This document shows positions 60,553-64,000 of a stretch of 64,000 nucleotides of DNA, piece after piece; position 1 is the first letter of the stretch, and every line of letters begins with the position of its first letter. The notes beneath the pieces were generated by a model. The model was not told where the DNA came from, searched no databases, and saw only the letters and a list, made by a program, of their open reading frames with translations. The position numbers were made by a program, and so were the translations under genes. Source of the DNA: a virus. Taxonomy: Duplodnaviria > Caudoviricetes. The stretch is taken from IMG/VR virus record IMGVR_UViG_3300010340_001122; one strand, written 5' to 3'.

Positions 60553-61401
60553 ATGACAGATGTAAATAAAAGAAGGTCTGAGAAAATGAAACAAAATTTC
60601 AAAGATGGTAAAATTAAAGGATGGGTAATAAATAATAGTAAAGATAGAAGAAGCTATCCAGAAAGTTTTTTCATAAAAGTTTTTAAAAATAATAATTTGT
60701 ATGAAAAATACAATATAGAGGAAAAATTTTCTTATGGTAAATACTTTATAGATTTTCTTTTTGTTGAATTAAAACTAGTTTTAGAGATCGATGGTGAACA
60801 ACACTTTGCAACAGAAGAAGCTATTAAACATGATATGGAAAGAGATAACTTTTTCTTAAAAGAGGGATTTAAAATATACAGAGTAAGATGGAAAGATGTT
60901 TGTAATAATGCTAAAAAAGAAATTGATGAACTTTTAAATTTTCTAAATAATATAGAGTCTAATTTAATTAGAAAATATATCTTAGATGATTCAGTTTATC
61001 AGAAAAAGAAAAAGAAATACATCCAAAGAAAAAAAAAGAAAAAATGCTCAGATTGTGATAAATTTATTTTAATGAAAAGTAATAAATGTAGAAGTTGTTA
61101 TCTAAATAGTTTAGAAAAAAAATTGACCAAACGAATAGGTAAAAATAAATGTGTGATGTGTGATGAAACTATACATGGTGAAAAATTTTGTAAAAAATGT
61201 TATGATATAAATCAGAGAAAAATTGAAAGACCGGATATTAATGAGTTAATTGAAAAAGTAAAAATTCTTGGATATTCTAAGGTTGGTAAAGAATATGGTG
61301 TTAGTGACAATACGATAAGAAAATGGATAAAAAATCGGCAGATGTGGGTTCGAATCCCACCGCGTGAGATAGCTACACGTAGTATCATAATAGGAGAATG
61401 A
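60553..61401 (+). CDS. DUF559/Vsr-like putative homing endonuclease (paralog of 57329..58222)
   Basis: SYPE..F, IDF...LEIDGEQH, YGVSDNTIRKW; C-terminus runs into a tRNA remnant. Confidence 0.82.
   Translation: MTDVNKRRSEKMKQNFKDGKIKGWVINNSKDRRSYPESFFIKVFKNNNLYEKYNIEEKFSYGKYFIDFLFVELKLVLEIDGEQHFATEEAIKHDMERDNFFLKEGFKIYRVRWKDVCNNAKKEIDELLNFLNNIESNLIRKYILDDSVYQKKKKKYIQRKKKKKCSDCDKFILMKSNKCRSCYLNSLEKKLTKRIGKNKCVMCDETIHGEKFCKKCYDINQRKIERPDINELIEKVKILGYSKVGKEYGVSDNTIRKWIKNRQMWVRIPPREIATRSIIIGE
61335..61366 (+). pseudogene. 3' half tRNA remnant
   Basis: TCGGC-AGAT-GTGGG-TTCGAAT-CCCAC without a 5' half. Confidence 0.55.
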
Positions 61402-61413
61402 CACCGAAAATAT

Positions 61414-61500
61414 GGAGAGTTGGTAGAGTCTGGCTTATTGCACCGGTCTTGAAAACCGGAGGTCCTTCGGGATCCCAGGGTTCGAATCCCTGACTCTCCT
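61414..61500 (+). tRNA. tRNA-Ser(TGA)
   Basis: CCGGT-CTTGAAA-ACCGG, long variable arm. Confidence 0.92.
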
Positions 61501-61505
61501 CAAAT

Positions 61506-61586
61506 GGAAGTACCCAGTGGACTGAGGTTAGGCGTCTTGAAAACGTTGAAGTGTCGCGAGGCATGTGCGAGTTCACTGCTCTCCGC
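61506..61586 (+). tRNA. tRNA-Ser(TGA)-like, degenerate T arm (possible pseudogene)
   Basis: GGCGT-CTTGAAA-ACGTT, variable arm; no TTCGA loop. Confidence 0.5.
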
Positions 61587-61591
61587 AAAAT

Positions 61592-61824
61592 ATTCAGATA
61601 GTTTAAATCGGAAAAACAATCCTAAAACGAAGGGATTCTCTTTTGAGGGATTTTAACTTGCTACTGGAGGCTGTCAAAGATATGGTTGTGTATTCAACTG
61701 ACATAAGACCAAAGGGTGTGAGGTTCTGACCACACGGTTGCGGATGCACTGAGATACACTCAGGAAGCGAGTTCTCCAAGGTCAATTTATGAAATCTATG
61801 TGGGTTCGATCCCCATTCTGAATG
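61592..61824 (+). ncRNA. 233-nt tRNA-framed RNA with large structured insertion
   Basis: ATTCAGA/TCTGAAT acceptor, D arm, T arm GTGGG-TTCGATC-CCCAT, several internal stems. Confidence 0.7.
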
Positions 61825-61829
61825 CAAAT

Positions 61830-61902
61830 GGTTCCATCGTCCAATTGGATAGGACGTATCTTTGCGAAAGATATAATGTGAGTTCGAATCTCACTGGGAC
61901 TA
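61830..61902 (+). tRNA. tRNA-Arg(GCG)
   Basis: TATCT-TTGCGAA-AGATA; A20. Confidence 0.87.
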
Positions 61903-61909
61903 CAATCTT

Positions 61910-61999
61910 AGAGGAGTCATCCGAAATTGGTATCGGTCCGGCCTGGAAAGTCGGTCATCGGGATAACCTGATGTGTGGGTTCGAGTCCCATTTCCTCTG
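61910..61999 (+). tRNA. tRNA-Ser(GGA)
   Basis: CCGGC-CTGGAAA-GTCGG, long variable arm, G73. Confidence 0.87.
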
Positions 62000-62311
62000 C
62001 TAAATATCTATATTATAGAGTTTATTATACGCATTTTCTAATTTATCAATTTCCTTCTCTATTTTTTCCAATAATTCATTTTTAGTCATAGTCATTTTAA
62101 CTATTTCTGTATGATACCAATCACCTGATGGTCTTGAAGAATATTTAAAAATTAAATTATCATAAATAAAATAATCATCATAAATATAATATTCAGAAGC
62201 TTCATCAAAAAAATCATCACCTACAGATACACTTCCTGATTCTATCGCTCTTTTAAAAATTTTACCTATTTCATCATTTAATTTACTTTCAAATTTTGAT
62301 AAATATTTCAT
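62000..62311 (-). CDS. hypothetical protein with MKYLSKFE tag
   Basis: Start reassigned to the tag ATG; TATATA upstream. Confidence 0.65.
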   Translation of the reverse strand: MKYLSKFESKLNDEIGKIFKRAIESGSVSVGDDFFDEASEYYIYDDYFIYDNLIFKYSSRPSGDWYHTEIVKMTMTKNELLEKIEKEIDKLENAYNKLYNIDI

Positions 62312-62371
62312 GTTTTTAATAATTTTATTTAATATATATATAAATTTAGTTGTTAAAAAATATAAAAGACT

Positions 62372-62788
62372 ATGAACCATAAGCAAGTAAACCACAAAAT
62401 CCAGAAGTTGTCCAAGGACATGAAAAAACAAGGACATGTTTCTTCTAAAAAGCCAAGCAATACTAAATTATCAAGTGAAGATCACTTAGCTGAGAAGCCA
62501 AAAAAAGGTGGAACTCATAGAGAGCCAAATTCTAAAAAGGTAGATGCTGAGAAGTTTTTAGCTAAAGATCACAAACTTACACATATAAAAGAATTTAATT
62601 CTTTTAATGAAAGTCAAAGTCTTCTTACGGATGAGGAGAAAAAATGGTTAGAATCTATCATTTCATATGCCGATAATTATCAGGGGTTTGAACCTAATGA
62701 TATCAAAATGAGAGATTCTATTTTTCACAAACTGGGAATAGGAACTAAAAATAATAATGATAACTGGGAAGCCGGTTCAGGATATTAA
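62372..62788 (+). CDS. basic/acidic hypothetical protein with internal HIKEFNSFNE tag
   Basis: 138 aa; TAATATATA upstream. Confidence 0.7.
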   Translation: MNHKQVNHKIQKLSKDMKKQGHVSSKKPSNTKLSSEDHLAEKPKKGGTHREPNSKKVDAEKFLAKDHKLTHIKEFNSFNESQSLLTDEEKKWLESIISYADNYQGFEPNDIKMRDSIFHKLGIGTKNNNDNWEAGSGY

Positions 62789-62806
62789 AAAATTATAAAT
62801 AATAAT

Positions 62807-62932
62807 ATGAAACATATTAAAAAATATAATGAATCAGTAGAGTGGAATGATAAATACAAATCTGATTTATGGAAATCATTAAAATCATCTATTAAAAATC
62901 TTTTAGAGTCTGGTGAAATAAAAAGGAAATAG
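62807..62932 (+). CDS. 41-aa protein with MKHIKKYNE tag
   Basis: Manual translation. Confidence 0.5.
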   Translation: MKHIKKYNESVEWNDKYKSDLWKSLKSSIKNLLESGEIKRK

Positions 62933-63002
62933 AAATATATTTAAATGCTTTATTCAATTTTAATGGCTTAGAAGACGAAACCCTTTAAAAAATAAATTAA
63001 TT

Positions 63003-63033
63003 TTTGGAAGTTTTAAAACTTTTTGTATATTTG
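63003..63033 (+). promoter_or_regulatory. Bacteroidota sigma-A-type promoter of attenuated unit 3
   Basis: TTTG-N19-TATATTTG. Confidence 0.75.
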
Positions 63034-63067
63034 TAATATAAATAAATAATAAATAAAGACACATAAA

Positions 63068-63103
63068 ATGAAAACAATGTACTACATATTCAGAAATGAT
63101 TGA
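63068..63103 (+). CDS. attenuator leader peptide 3 (MKTMYYIFRND)
   Basis: 11-aa ORF between promoter and tandem terminators. Confidence 0.6.
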   Translation: MKTMYYIFRND

Positions 63104-63132
63104 TCAAGGTCAGTAGTGCTATAACTATATCT

Positions 63133-63194
63133 ACCCAGTCAATCAAAAATTGACTGGGTTTTTTTTACCCAGTTATTCCGAACTGGGTTTTTTT
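63133..63194 (+). terminator. tandem attenuator terminators
   Basis: ACCCAGTCAAT/ATTGACTGGGT + T-run, then ACCCAGTT/AACTGGGT + T-run. Confidence 0.85.
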
Positions 63195-63219
63195 ATGCCC
63201 AATAAAAAATTAAACAGAT

Positions 63220-63564
63220 ATGAAAATAAAACAACAGATACGAGATAAATTCAGAAAAGATGTCTTTGAAAGAGACAACTATAAGTGTGTAATATGTGGT
63301 AAATCAGATCTTAAATTAGATGCTCATCACATAACTAATCGAAAAAAGATGCCGAATGGTGGATATGTTAAGGAGAATGGTATCACACTTTGTGATTGTT
63401 ATGATGGGTGTCATTTTAAAGCTGAACAATTCAATTGTGGTTATACTGAGTGGTATGTTATTCAGACTAAAGGACAATACTTGGAAGAATTTACAGCTGA
63501 AAATCTATACAAAAAAATTAACTCAAGCTATGAACTAGCTTATAAAAAATCAGAAAGACTATGA
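63220..63564 (+). CDS. HNH endonuclease
   Basis: RDNYKCVICG, LDAHHI, NGITLC...CH. Confidence 0.85.
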   Translation: MKIKQQIRDKFRKDVFERDNYKCVICGKSDLKLDAHHITNRKKMPNGGYVKENGITLCDCYDGCHFKAEQFNCGYTEWYVIQTKGQYLEEFTAENLYKKINSSYELAYKKSERL

Positions 63565-63779
63565 ACACAGATGTCAATGAGGATTTTGAAAACATATATG
63601 AAGAAAAAGTCCAAGATATAAAGAAAAGAAAACGAGCTCTTCGTTTCATTCAAGATCCAAATATGGTTAAGAAAATCAAAAAAGATCTTGAACGTGAGAA
63701 GCGTGGAGTAAAACGCTCTGAAAAGCACCAGCTTAAAGAGTGGATAAAAAAAGAATTAAATAAAGATCCTTTATTATAG
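63561..63779 (+). CDS. small basic coiled-coil protein
   Basis: 72 aa; ATGA overlap. Confidence 0.6.
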   Translation: MNTDVNEDFENIYEEKVQDIKKRKRALRFIQDPNMVKKIKKDLEREKRGVKRSEKHQLKEWIKKELNKDPLL

Positions 63780-63830
63780 TAATTGTATAGTTTTTCATTT
63801 TAATATATAAAATAAAAAAAATTAATAAAA

Positions 63831-64000
63831 ATGAAATGGACAAAAGAAGAATGTATGAGAGTTTCTTTATATTTTAAAAAAAGAAGTGATTTTGAAAGAA
63901 ATTATAGAGGTGCATATATGGCTGCTTTAAAAAATAATTGGATAGATGAAGTATGTTCACATATGGACACAGTGAAGGTATGGAGTGAAGACGAGTGTTA
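63831..64000 (+). CDS. partial ORF with KWT.E.C repeats (typical of phage homing endonucleases)
   Basis: MKWTKEEC...AY.AA.KNNW.DEVCSHM; runs off the window. Confidence 0.6.
   Translation, partial: MKWTKEECMRVSLYFKKRSDFERNYRGAYMAALKNNWIDEVCSHMDTVKVWSEDEC

Noticed and set aside
61592-61824. tmRNA or group I intron assignment
   Set aside because: D stem present, no G3:U70 Ala identity, no evident tag ORF or P7 core; left as unknown RNA.
1-64000. Stop-codon reassignment as seen in some jumbo phages
   Set aside because: Known enzymes are full length under code 11, coding density is high, and no suppressor tRNA was seen.

Overview
Very AT-rich, gene-dense segment of what is most likely a large (jumbo-type) lytic phage of a Bacteroidota host. 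This rests on Bacteroidota sigma-A-type promoters (TTTG-N19-21-TAnnTTTG), T9SS-type cargo genes, HU, lysozyme, a collagen-like fibre, homing endonucleases and tRNA clusters; genetic code 11 fits. The most notable feature is a set of three ribosome-dependent transcription attenuators (56.0, 60.3, 63.0 kb), each made of a promoter, a short leader peptide with 1:2 / 2:3 / 3:4 alternative pairings, and an intrinsic terminator. In two cases the control codons match the tRNA genes directly downstream: His/Lys/Phe/Trp leader to tRNA-His/Phe/Trp/Lys, and Ser/Arg leader to tRNA-Ser/Arg. This suggests a codon-specific tRNA-depletion sensor that turns on replacement tRNAs. The clusters also contain atypical tRNAs and two tRNA-framed RNAs with large insertions. 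Three foreign inserts carrying integron attC-like palindromes each disrupt a phage gene, and one is a circularly permuted two-cassette unit. Many proteins carry one of two short terminal tags (C-terminal R[DNE]xK[LI]xx[LI], N-terminal MK[HY][LI]KxF[NE]E) that appear to track with two promoter classes. All calls were made by eye from the sequence; no searches or folding programs were run.
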